64,000 nucleotides of DNA from Negativicutes bacterium. Lineage in GTDB: Bacteria; Bacillota; Negativicutes; UBA1444. This document shows, piece after piece, positions 31,415 through 40,512 of the stretch (position 1 is its first letter; each line of letters starts with the position of its first letter). The DNA is taken from NCBI GenBank assembly GCA_963665275.2, contig CAXXIN010000007.1, positions 608,001 through 672,000 on the forward strand, given 5' to 3'. The notes under the pieces are model-generated. The model ran no database searches, was not told the origin of the DNA, and worked only from the letters and a program-made list of their open reading frames with translations. The translations under genes were made by a program, and so were the position numbers.

Positions 31415-32132
31415 TTAAACCCCTGTCAGTATCAACCTCGGATTATCCCTGTCAACCAGCCCAACCTGTACGGAAGCGCCAAATATTTGCCCGAGAAAGG
31501 CCGCCAGTTCGTCGCGTGCTGCAATGACGCTTGCCAAATTTACATGTCGGAAAATCCATCGATCGGGAAAAAATATATTCCGGCTCCCCTCCGTCACTTT
31601 GCCTTCTTCACTCTGCCGCCAGATCCAACGACGTGTCTTTACCCGTTCACCGGCTGAATAGATAAGCTCGCCCGCTTCCATCTGTTCTGCCTCGGACTCG
31701 CCAAATGGCGTAAAAATATCGCCCTGCCTGGGAAAACCGTACCTGAATATCGCCGGATGCCGCGTCGATGTCATGCGCGCCCATCGGCAATAGATATTTC
31801 AAGGACAGGGCATTCCCCAAATCAACTATAGGATTGATCGAGGGAAATCCTTTCTTCTTTTCAATTCGTGACGCCATCGCTTCAATGGAGCTTCAAGAAA
31901 CTTATTGGGATTTATTCCCAACGCGGCAAAAGCTTCACGATAGGGAGCAATTTCCAAAGACTCTTTCGCTTTTTGGGCAGCGAACCTTGTTTCCACTGCC
32001 TGAATACTTTGCGCTAGCAATTCTGCCGGTCGGCAATCCTTTGACTGGTTGTCTACGCCACGTGCCACGACTACTCCAAAACAGGCGGTTTGGCAATAGA
32101 GAGAACACTTTTTCTTCTACAATGAAATCCAT
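31415..32132 (-). CDS. B3/4-domain (PheRS-beta editing-like) protein, broken by several frameshifts
   Basis: Fragments in different frames read YREAFAALGINPNKF, SINPIVDLGNALSLKY.LP.GAHD and TRRWIWRQ; frameshifted gene or sequencing errors. Confidence 0.75.
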
Positions 32133-32231
32133 TTTTCTGCTCCTTCCATCTTACCATGCTGCTTATTCCCCATATTATACTGAACAGGCGCCGATAATCA
32201 ACAGATTATCGGCGCCTGTTCATAAGGTTGC

Positions 32232-32815
32232 TTATTTTGCCAATGCGGCCACACCGGCCCTGAATGCCTCAATGTTCAACTTCAGGGTTGCCGGTTTTAC
32301 ATTTTTGGCAATCTCCGCTTCAAAAATCGATATGAGTCAATTCCATTCCCTTGACCAATGCTCCCAACAGAACCAGGTTCATACCGCGGGCATTGCCGAT
32401 TTGAGCTGCAATTTCGCCCGCCTGGATCACTGTTGTATGTGCTTTGGTCGCGAGGCTTTCCAATATATTTTCTGGATAATCACAGCTGCCGATCAAAATC
32501 GGGCCGGAGGGAATTTGAAAATCATTAACGACGACTTTGCCGGATGGCTTGAGATATTCCAGCCAGCGCATGGCTTCCATTTTTTCAAAAGCCACCAAGA
32601 TATCAGCCTGGCCTTTACCAATGATGGGTGAAAACACTTTTTCACCGAACCGGACTTGGTTGCTGACGCTTCCGCCGCGTTGAGCCATTCCGTGAACTTC
32701 TGACATTTTGACGTCAAATCCCGCTGTCATCAATCCCATAGAAAGAATTTTACCGGCAAGAATGGTGCCTTGTCCGCCCACTCCTACCATCAATATGCTT
32801 TTTACCTTCTGTCAT
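32232..32815 (-). CDS. iorB: Indolepyruvate ferredoxin oxidoreductase beta subunit (frameshifts near 32800 and 32322)
   Basis: GVGGQG.IL, SEVHGMAQRGGSV, NLVLLG; C-terminus N.EAF..G lies in a shifted frame. Confidence 0.88.
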
Positions 32816-32816
32816 A

Positions 32817-34597
32817 TTATTCACCCACCTTGCTGATTGCCTTGACCGGGCATACTTGCAGACAAATCTTGCAGCCAACGCACTGTCCGGCATCAATGGA
32901 TACCTTTTTGGCAGCCTTGTCAAAACGGGAGCGCCGGGACAACCGGTTTTCACGCACATTTTGCAGCCGATACATTTGGCTTCGTCCACTCGGCAAGTGC
33001 CCATGTAATCGCCGAACTCTTCCTTGTCAGCCGCCGAATGCTTCTTGAGTACGCATGGCCAGCGGGTGATGATGACAGCGGGCTCATCCAGCGACAACGC
33101 CCAGGCCAACGCTTCCCGCACTTCCTTCAGGTTCAGCGGATTAACGACCCGTAGCGCATCAATTCCCAAAGCCCTGACAATGGCAGGAATATCCGCTTCC
33201 TTGGTGGGCATGCCTTGCAACGTGAATCCGGTGCCCGGATTTTCCTGATGCCCGGTCATGCCTGTGATCCGGTTGTCCATGATACACATAACCGTATTGC
33301 TGCGGTTGTAGGCAACATGCAGCAGACTGGTCATGCCGGAGTGGAAAAAGGTCGAATCGCCGATCACTGCCACCGTTCGGGTTTCGGAACCGATTCGGTT
33401 GAGAATTTTTTGCGTGCCATGTCCCATGCTGATGCTGGCGCCCATGCAGATGCAGGTATCTTTGGCATTGAGCGGAGCATTGCCACCTAGCGAGTAACAC
33501 CCTATGTCACCCGTAATCATCAGATTCTTCACCTTGCTGAGTTCATAGAAAAATCCTCGATGGGGGCACCCTGCACACAGTAACGGCGGACGTCCGACAA
33601 CCAGCGCCATGTCCGGCTCGGCAGAGGGAATATGTTCCCCCTTGAGAGCGATAGCTACGATATCGGGAGTCAGTTCGCCGATCGCGGGAATCTTTTCTTT
33701 GCCGATACAAGCGATACCGGCAGCTTTGATCTGTTCTTCCATATAGGGTTCTAATTCTTCGACTACATAAAGAGTTCCCACCTGGGCGGCAAAGGCCCTG
33801 ATTTTTTCAATCGGCAGTGGATAGGTAAAGCCGAGCTTCAAGTAGGATGCACTTGTGCCGAACACTTCCTGAGCATATTGGTAGGCAATGCCCGAAGTCA
33901 CGATACCCACTTTCTTATCGTTCCATTCGATGCGGTTCAATTCCGTTGTTTCCGTAAAGGCCTTTAGTTTGTTAATTCGCTCTTCAACTGCAACCCTGCG
34001 TTTGCGTGCCGTTGCCGGCACCAGATCATATTTTTGAACATCGCGTTCGTACGATTTTTTTGCTACGTCTTCCCGCTCGCCGATTTCAACGATACTCTTG
34101 CTGTGACAAATACGGGTTGTAATTCGCATCAGCACCGGCGTATCGAATTGCTCGCTGATCTCCAGAGCCGATTTCACCATGTCTTTGGCTTCCTGACTGT
34201 CACTGGGCTCTACCATCGCAATTTTGGCGAATTTCGCATAGTTCCGGTTATCCTGTTCATTCTGAGACGAGTGACATCCAGGATCATCGCCGCTTACCAG
34301 TACCATTCCGCCATTCACGCCAGAATAAGCGAAACTGAACAAGGGATCGGCCGCTACGTTAACACCCACCATCTTCATGGCAGCCAAGGAGCGGGCCCCG
34401 ATGACCGATGCGCCGATAGCAGTCTCCAGTGCCACTTTCTCATTGGGAGCCCATTCGGCAATGATATCCGCCTTGAATTCCGCGATATTTTCCAGAATCT
34501 CCGTGCTGGGGGTTCCCGGATATGCCGATGCGTATGATACTCCAGCTTCCCACGCGCCCTGCGCTATGGCTTCATTCCCGGTCAAAAGTTTTTTCAT
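32817..34597 (-). CDS. iorA: Indolepyruvate ferredoxin oxidoreductase alpha subunit (frameshift near 32930)
   Basis: GNEAIA, YPGTPSTE, SSQNEQDNR, CAGCPHR, GDSTF.HSG; second ferredoxin motif CVGCKICLQVCP is in another frame ending TAA at 32817. Confidence 0.92.
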
Positions 34598-34643
34598 GCG
34601 GTAGCCTCCTCATCTGTTTCCCATTATGGGTCAGAACTTCAAT

Positions 34644-35228
34644 TTATTTATTTTTTCGCTTCGCATAGGCCAGGATAGCCCCTAAAGCGATGGACAACGA
34701 TGCGGCCACTAAAATTCGATACTCCGGCGGCAACAAAAAGGTTACTGCATGAGCAGGAATCCAAAAGAAAGGAATCGTTTTCAATACTACGAAACTTACA
34801 AATCCCTGCCAGTCAATCCTGTTGGTCACCTCAGCCAAGCTGATATCGCCAATTTTTCTGCCCTCACCGCAGACCATATCGATCGCTGTGTCTGTGAAGC
34901 GGTGGAAAGCCATAAAGGTAGGAGCAAAGGTCAGGTTCATGATGGCACTCGTAAATACAGCCAGCCAAATCGGCTTTAGCGCGCTATTTCCGCCATAGAG
35001 CAACCCCTTTGACAAGGCGCTGGTGGTTCCGGTGAAAAATATCTCGAACATCAGAACGATACCCATGCCGAGAACACCCCATACAGCAGAGCGATAGACA
35101 AGGCCCGGCGGCGTTTTCCAGTGACCGCCCACGATACGGATAGCGATCAATTCACCAATCGTAGCTAATACGGCAAACTTGGCGAATCCCATGAGATAGG
35201 GGTGTGCGAGGGTGAGTTCGGCAAACAA
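34644..35228 (-). CDS. Membrane protein resembling the Mpv17/PMP22 family
   Basis: TTG 35228 after GAGGAG; several TM helices; C-terminal FW.PAH..TF.LPPEYRIL resembles the Mpv17/PMP22 W.P.Q..NF..VP...R motif. Confidence 0.65.
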   Translation of the reverse strand: MFAELTLAHPYLMGFAKFAVLATIGELIAIRIVGGHWKTPPGLVYRSAVWGVLGMGIVLMFEIFFTGTTSALSKGLLYGGNSALKPIWLAVFTSAIMNLTFAPTFMAFHRFTDTAIDMVCGEGRKIGDISLAEVTNRIDWQGFVSFVVLKTIPFFWIPAHAVTFLLPPEYRILVAASLSIALGAILAYAKRKNK

Positions 35229-35229
35229 G

Positions 35230-36144
35230 TTATGCTCCTCTCGCACCGGAAGCGATGCAACAGGCAAGGGCAATCGAATTCAGTTTCGCTGCGGCCGAGT
35301 CGGCGCGAGATACCATCACGACCGGGTGGGTAGCTCCCAGAATCACGCCAGCGCTTTTTGCTTTTGCACAATGAATAAGCGCTTTCCCCAGAAGGTTTCC
35401 AGCTTCGATACCAGGCACCATGAATAAGTCCACCTGACCAGAAATTTCGCTTTTCAAGCCTTTATGCACTGCTGCCTCCGGGCTCAGTGCTACATCCATG
35501 GCGATCGGACCTTCCATCCGCGCGCCCCCGAATTCACCCTGCCGGTTCATCTCAACCAAGGCCTGTGCGTCCACTGTCGCTGGCATCTTGGGATTGACCA
35601 CTTCGTTGGCAGTCAGGATCGCTACATTCGGTCGCGCAATCCCCAAGGCCCGTAACGCCGGCAATGTGCTGAGCAGAATATCCTTTTTCTCTGCCAGAGT
35701 GGGAGCAATATTCATGCCTCCATCCGTATGAAAAACAAGTTTTTCATCACCTGGAACTTCGAAGGCGGCCAAATGGCAAAGCAACCGTCCTGTCCGCAGT
35801 CCAAATTCCGGATTAAGAACCGCTCTCAGAAAGTCACTGCTATTGACCAGCCCCTTCATCAATATGCCTGCGGGGATTTCCTTCACGATGCTTGCGGCTT
35901 TCAGCGCAGCCTGAGCGACATCCTTCTCATCAACGATTCTTGTATCGGACGGCAATCCAACAATAGCTAACATGGGTCGGATGAGAGACGCATCTCCCAC
36001 AAGTATCGTTTCCGCCAAGCCTCCATCATAAGCCGCTTTCACGGCGCGCAGCGCTTCTTCGTCCTGCGCTGCCGCGACAACAAGCTGAACCGGCCCGTTT
36101 TGTTTGGCGCGATCCATTAGTTCTTCAAATTTGCGCAACACCAT
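35230..36144 (-). CDS. ptb: Phosphate butyryl/acyltransferase
   Basis: VAAAQD, LMKG, TDGGMNIAP, GPIAMDVA, EAGN, SRADS. Confidence 0.92.
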   Translation of the reverse strand: MVLRKFEELMDRAKQNGPVQLVVAAAQDEEALRAVKAAYDGGLAETILVGDASLIRPMLAIVGLPSDTRIVDEKDVAQAALKAASIVKEIPAGILMKGLVNSSDFLRAVLNPEFGLRTGRLLCHLAAFEVPGDEKLVFHTDGGMNIAPTLAEKKDILLSTLPALRALGIARPNVAILTANEVVNPKMPATVDAQALVEMNRQGEFGGARMEGPIAMDVALSPEAAVHKGLKSEISGQVDLFMVPGIEAGNLLGKALIHCAKAKSAGVILGATHPVVMVSRADSAAAKLNSIALACCIASGARGA

Positions 36145-36158
36145 TATCTCCACCGTCC

Positions 36159-37223
36159 CTATTTATATTCATGAGGTTCCTCTTGATGGCGGAGAACCCT
36201 CAATGCTCCGGCAGCTAATGATTCCAGTTCTTCTTCGCCAGGAACGACGGTAACGGGAGCGATGAATTCCACACGCTCAACGATCGCCTCTACCAAATAC
36301 GGCGCATAGGCCATGCCACCGGTCAGCACGATACGATCGACTTTTCCCTTGAGCACACTCGCCATGGCAGCAATGTATTTTGCCACCTGATAAGATAGCG
36401 CCTCCAGCAGCAATGCTGCCTTTTCATTTCCTTCATCCGCCATCTTTTTGACTTGCCGGATGTCTTTCGTCCCCAGATATCCGTACAACCCACCCGAACC
36501 GAACAATCCGTCACGAACTTCCTGCAACGTATATTTGCCGGAAAAACACAATTTCACCAATTGGCTGCTGGGAACGCCACCGCAGCGATCCGGCGCGAAG
36601 GGCCCTTCATCCTTGCCATCCACCATATCGATCATTCGACCGCCGCTGTGGACCGATAGGGAAACCCCGGTGCCGAGATGGGCAACCACGAGATTGGCCT
36701 CAGTATATTTTTTCCCCAGTTCTGTTGCAACGTTACGGGCCACTGCCTTCATATTCAAGGCATGTGTCATGCTCACCCTTTCAAACCAAGGTGAACCGGA
36801 AATGCGGGCCACCGGTTCAAGCTCATCTACCGATACTGGATCGACAATGAAAGCGGGAATATTCAGTTGCCCCGCCAACTCAAAGGCAATAACCGGCCCC
36901 AGATTGGATGCATGCTCACCGCGTTCCGCCTTTTGCATATCGTGTTCCATGGCTTCATTAACGCGATAAGTTCCGCCAGGCAAAGGCTTGAGCAGCCCGC
37001 CGCGTCCTACGACCGCAGACAGTGATTCTAAAGGAATCCCTGCTTCCATCAGCTCACGCCTGATTAATTCTATACGGTAGGGATACTGGTCAAAGACGCG
37101 GGCAAACCCTTTTAATTCAGTTCCTTGATGTTCCAAAGTCTTTTTCATCACCACAGCGTCCCCGTCAAAGACGGCGATCTTCGTTGAGGTAGCGCCGGGA
37201 TTGATGGCCAGTATTCTTTCCAC
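36159..37223 (-). CDS. buk: Butyrate (branched-chain carboxylate) kinase
   Basis: INPGATSTK, GRGGLL, HASNLG, VDPVSVDE, HALN, LTGG.A, PGEEE. Confidence 0.95.
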   Translation of the reverse strand: MERILAINPGATSTKIAVFDGDAVVMKKTLEHQGTELKGFARVFDQYPYRIELIRRELMEAGIPLESLSAVVGRGGLLKPLPGGTYRVNEAMEHDMQKAERGEHASNLGPVIAFELAGQLNIPAFIVDPVSVDELEPVARISGSPWFERVSMTHALNMKAVARNVATELGKKYTEANLVVAHLGTGVSLSVHSGGRMIDMVDGKDEGPFAPDRCGGVPSSQLVKLCFSGKYTLQEVRDGLFGSGGLYGYLGTKDIRQVKKMADEGNEKAALLLEALSYQVAKYIAAMASVLKGKVDRIVLTGGMAYAPYLVEAIVERVEFIAPVTVVPGEEELESLAAGALRVLRHQEEPHEYK

Positions 37224-37275
37224 GTGTATCCCCCTCTAACATTTGACGACAGCATTTTGCTGTCCCATTAAGTAT

Positions 37276-37306
37276 AGAATAAACCCTCCAGCAACAGGAG
37301 AGTCAA
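37276..37306 (-). promoter_or_regulatory. MerR-type promoter (19-bp spacer) with BmrR-like dyad
   Basis: TTGACT-19 bp-TATTCT; dyad ACTCTCC-N7-GGAGGGT starts in the -35 and spans the spacer. Confidence 0.8.
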
Positions 37307-37316
37307 TATTGAAATG

Positions 37317-37340
37317 AAAAAACCTCCGGGAGGCCGGAGG
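37317..37340 (-). terminator. Terminator of the MerR-family gene
   Basis: CCTCCGG/CCGGAGG stem followed by TTTTTT on the minus strand. Confidence 0.8.
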
Positions 37341-37357
37341 CAAAGGATTTATCTCTG

Positions 37358-38185
37358 TCACCTTTTGGGTTTCACAGGAATTTGAATCTCCGTTACGAAC
37401 CGCCCTGAATCACGGGAAATAAATTCATCAACGATAGCGCGCTCAATCGATTCACCCGTGATCTGGTAGTTTTGTCGGCCAATGAACTCCAACAGCTCAC
37501 GGTACGGTTCTGGGGAATCATTATGACCGCCTTGAAAGAGCAGACAAGCATATTTTCCCGCCGGTAATACAACAGATAACGCCGAATTATCGATTGGGTC
37601 TTCAACTAAAATAAAAACAGAATTATATTCCTGGAAATTTTCTTCGCATAAATTTTCTTCGGATACTGTCAGGCCAACTTTCCCGATAAAAATAGGAGAA
37701 TGCGTGGCTCCGATGAGTTTTTCCAGCTTCCGCACCGACATTTCCAAGCTGGGACCCCGCTGTACGCTTGCCTGCAAACGGATAATCCTTCGGGCCGGAA
37801 ATTGTTTAAGGGATGGCACTCCGACCTCTGTTGAGTTCAATACCGATTCCAGTTCCTCAATCCTACTGCCGAACTTGCGGCGGGTCAGCTCCAGCTCACG
37901 AATTTTCTCATCGATGGCTTCTTCCTGCCTTTTCAGCAGCTGCAAAAAATGTTCAACCCGTCGATGTGTAAAGTGGGCCGTTATTTCACTCAGTGGCACT
38001 CCCAACAACCGGAGATACTTGATAATGTCCAGCTGTTCAAACTGTTCTGTGGAATAGTAACGATAACCGGTATGCCTATTGACCTCAATGGGCTTGAACA
38101 AACCGATTTCATCATAATACCGCAATGTTTTAACCGGGACATTCATTAAACGCGACATTTCACCGATCGAAAATCTGTTTTGCAT
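37358..38185 (-). CDS. MerR-family activator with GyrI-like ligand domain (BltR/BmrR-like)
   Basis: FSIGE...TLRYYD.IGLF.P....GYRYY; C-terminal LPAGKYA...TEIQIPV. Confidence 0.92.
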   Translation of the reverse strand: MQNRFSIGEMSRLMNVPVKTLRYYDEIGLFKPIEVNRHTGYRYYSTEQFEQLDIIKYLRLLGVPLSEITAHFTHRRVEHFLQLLKRQEEAIDEKIRELELTRRKFGSRIEELESVLNSTEVGVPSLKQFPARRIIRLQASVQRGPSLEMSVRKLEKLIGATHSPIFIGKVGLTVSEENLCEENFQEYNSVFILVEDPIDNSALSVVLPAGKYACLLFQGGHNDSPEPYRELLEFIGRQNYQITGESIERAIVDEFISRDSGRFVTEIQIPVKPKR

Positions 38186-38222
38186 CAGAGTTGCACCTCC
38201 GAGGAGCTGTTGGCCGAAAATC

Positions 38223-38267
38223 TATAAACCCCCTGCAGATACCCATTGAGACTGCAAGGGGTTTATA
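38223..38267. terminator. Stem-loop/terminator downstream of bfr
   Basis: TATAAACCCC.TGCAG / CTGCA.GGGGTTTATA inverted repeat. Confidence 0.65.
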
Positions 38268-38291
38268 TTCACAAAGCGTTTTTAGAATAAC

Positions 38292-38762
38292 CTACGCATC
38301 GACCTTGGTAGTCAGATAGATCCCAAGTGTCATGTGACCAATCTGGTCCTGATTCTCTTCAATTGCATCAATATGAGCATCTTCATCATTGAGGATATGC
38401 TCCAGAATCTCGCGCGTGGCAAAGTCCTTGACTTCTCCCGCCAGTTTGATTGCTTCGTTATAGCCAGCAATGGCCACTTCCTCAGCCTCATGATCGTACT
38501 GGAACATCTTCGGCACTTCGCTGCCGATGTGAATCGGATTGAGTTTCGTCACCACAGGGATTCCTTCCAGGAAAAGAATCCTCGAAATCAACATTCCAGT
38601 ATGCTTCATCTCATCAATGGCCCGTTTTTCAAAATGGTCGTGGAGTTTGCCATAACCCCAGTTATCGCACATTTCCGCATGAACAATATACTGGTTAATG
38701 GCGGTTAATTCGTCGGCAAGCAACGCATTCAGCGTCTCAATAAGTTTCGGATTTCCTTTCAT
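38292..38762 (-). CDS. bfr: Bacterioferritin
   Basis: MKG..K.I..LN..L..ELTAINQY..H, DEMKH, RILFLEG.P, EDAH. Confidence 0.95.
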   Translation of the reverse strand: MKGNPKLIETLNALLADELTAINQYIVHAEMCDNWGYGKLHDHFEKRAIDEMKHTGMLISRILFLEGIPVVTKLNPIHIGSEVPKMFQYDHEAEEVAIAGYNEAIKLAGEVKDFATREILEHILNDEDAHIDAIEENQDQIGHMTLGIYLTTKVDA

Positions 38763-38820
38763 CAGCGTAGCACCCCTTTCATCAAATAATAGTGGGCCTC
38801 ACAACCCCGCATTAAAAAGT

Positions 38821-38845
38821 ATTCGACATCATGGTGAACATTCCT
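38821..38845 (-). promoter_or_regulatory. sigma-H-like promoter for bfr
   Basis: AGGA-N14-GTCGAAT. Confidence 0.6.
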
Positions 38846-38846
38846 C

Positions 38847-39587
38847 TTAGCGTGCGGGTAATTTCCCGACAACAGCAGCATATACCGCAAACTGGTTTTC
38901 TCCATCAACTCCCAAGAGCGCATTCAATTTTTCATCGTCAAATGCAGCAATAGCGCAAACACCACATTCTAGGGGCGTCGCCCCCAGGTAAAGATTCTGG
39001 CAGACGTGGCCGGCATCCAGAAATATATAGCGCCAAGCCCGTTCGCTATAGCGCCAGGCGCTACGGTACACATCGGCTACCCAAAAGAATGTCATGGCAG
39101 CCGTAGTCACCATGTCCTGTCCCAAACAGGCATCTTGAAGCAACACACCAATTTTCGCATCCGTACGGACGGGTGCAATAGCATGTTCCAATGCAATATA
39201 TCGATAGAGTCCGGCAGTTAATCCTTTTTCCCGGTTGAGTAAAATATAGGTATCCAAAGGATGCCTGGCTCCAGCGGAAGGTACGGTGCGAATCGTCGAA
39301 GCGGGCATGACCTTCTGTACCCCCTGGGTACACCAAAGCAACCACGAAAGTTCCTCCAAAGTCACTGGCGCATGAGAAAATCGACGAATACTTCGTCTGC
39401 CGGCAATCGTATTTTCCAGCAAGGAAGAAGCCGGTTTCAGGGTCTCAGGCTTGGGCAGGTGAATAGTCGGCCCGCTGCCATTGTAGTGAGTCTCGAGGGC
39501 AGGCGCCGCAGTTCCCTGACTCTGCTCCGATGGCGTCAGGTTTTCATAATAGGTCAGGCGGATAAAATCTGTGCCAGTCTGCTTCAT
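38847..39587 (-). CDS. SagB/ThcOx-family nitroreductase-like protein
   Basis: RRSIRRF, RTVPSAGARHP, GLYRY, LDAGHVCQNLYL. Confidence 0.9.
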   Translation of the reverse strand: MKQTGTDFIRLTYYENLTPSEQSQGTAAPALETHYNGSGPTIHLPKPETLKPASSLLENTIAGRRSIRRFSHAPVTLEELSWLLWCTQGVQKVMPASTIRTVPSAGARHPLDTYILLNREKGLTAGLYRYIALEHAIAPVRTDAKIGVLLQDACLGQDMVTTAAMTFFWVADVYRSAWRYSERAWRYIFLDAGHVCQNLYLGATPLECGVCAIAAFDDEKLNALLGVDGENQFAVYAAVVGKLPAR

Positions 39588-39694
39588 GGCTACCTCCCTG
39601 TAAATTAACGCAATATTTTATATATTTATTTATTCAACACCAACCTTTGTTTTTCCCCCTTCCTATTGTCTTTTCTTCCAGATAATCTTAGAAA

Positions 39695-39729
39695 AGACAG
39701 CAGTCACCCGAATACGGTGGCTGCTGTCT
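39695..39729. terminator. Probable terminator hairpin
   Basis: AGACAGCAGTCACC / GGTGGCTGCTGTCT inverted repeat with an upstream A run. Confidence 0.65.
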
Positions 39730-39821
39730 AAGGGTAAATCGTCAATTCTCATTAACCTTGATTTCGCCGCAATACTGCCCAATAATCTAACGCCTTGATC
39801 ATGTACTTTGCATGCCGGTCA

Positions 39822-40367
39822 CTAAACTATCTTTTCGCCGTGGTATCGCTCGCCGCCCGCGTCCGGCATAACCCCGTAGCGTTCTGTCCATAAAGATTTA
39901 TACTTCAGCGCCTGGGCATGGATACTGCCCCATTCGTCCGGGATCGACCGAACCACTTTTGCCGGCACTCCAACGACCAGCGAGTTCGGCGGTATAATCT
40001 GCCCTTCCCTCACCAGTGCTCCAGCTGCCACAATACTTCCGCGTCCAACCACCGCTCCCGTCAAAACAATAGCGCCGATACCAATCAGGCAATGATCTTC
40101 AATAACGGCGCCATGAACTACCGCACTGTGCCCCACCGTCACAAAGTCGCCGATAATACAAGGGTTGTGGTCCGCCACATGTAGCACGCTATTATCCTGC
40201 ACATTACTATAGTGTCCAATTTCGATGCGATTCACGTCGCCCCGTGCCACCGCATTACACCACATACTGCTGTATTCCTTCATTGCAACAGCACCAATAA
40301 CCTTGGCGCCATCTGCCAAAAAAGATTTCGGATCAAGTTCCGGGCTTTTCCCTTCGAATTCTTTCAT
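39822..40367 (-). CDS. Gamma carbonic anhydrase / hexapeptide-repeat protein
   Basis: RGDVN.I.IG..SNVQD..VLH, TVGH.A.VHG, G.PAK. Confidence 0.9.
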   Translation of the reverse strand: MKEFEGKSPELDPKSFLADGAKVIGAVAMKEYSSMWCNAVARGDVNRIEIGHYSNVQDNSVLHVADHNPCIIGDFVTVGHSAVVHGAVIEDHCLIGIGAIVLTGAVVGRGSIVAAGALVREGQIIPPNSLVVGVPAKVVRSIPDEWGSIHAQALKYKSLWTERYGVMPDAGGERYHGEKIV

Positions 40368-40421
40368 TTTTCTATACCCCTCTCATTAGAATATGCGTTA
40401 CTATATAGTATAAACCAAAGC

Positions 40422-40450
40422 AAAAAAAATGGAACCCTCCATGGTTCCAG
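40422..40450 (-). terminator. Intrinsic terminator
   Basis: TGGAACC/GGTTCCA stem followed by a run of 8 T on the minus strand. Confidence 0.75.
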
Positions 40451-40512
40451 TTGCTATCCGTATATGATATCGGCAGAGGAAAGGGGTTGTCACCCTGGCA
40501 GTAACGTAATAT

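Noticed and set aside
31768-32631. 287-aa + strand ORF
   Set aside because: Antisense to iorB and the B3/4 gene and crosses a long hairpin; no recognisable motif.
38847-39587. RiPP (azole) biosynthetic cluster around the SagB-like gene
   Set aside because: No YcaO, precursor peptide or transporter adjacent; stand-alone nitroreductase-fold genes are common.
40467-40474. Perfect GCCGATAT sigma-28 -10 on the minus strand
   Set aside because: No TAAA -35 or regulator box at suitable spacing, and a terminator follows within ~20 nt; a tiny RNA cannot be supported.
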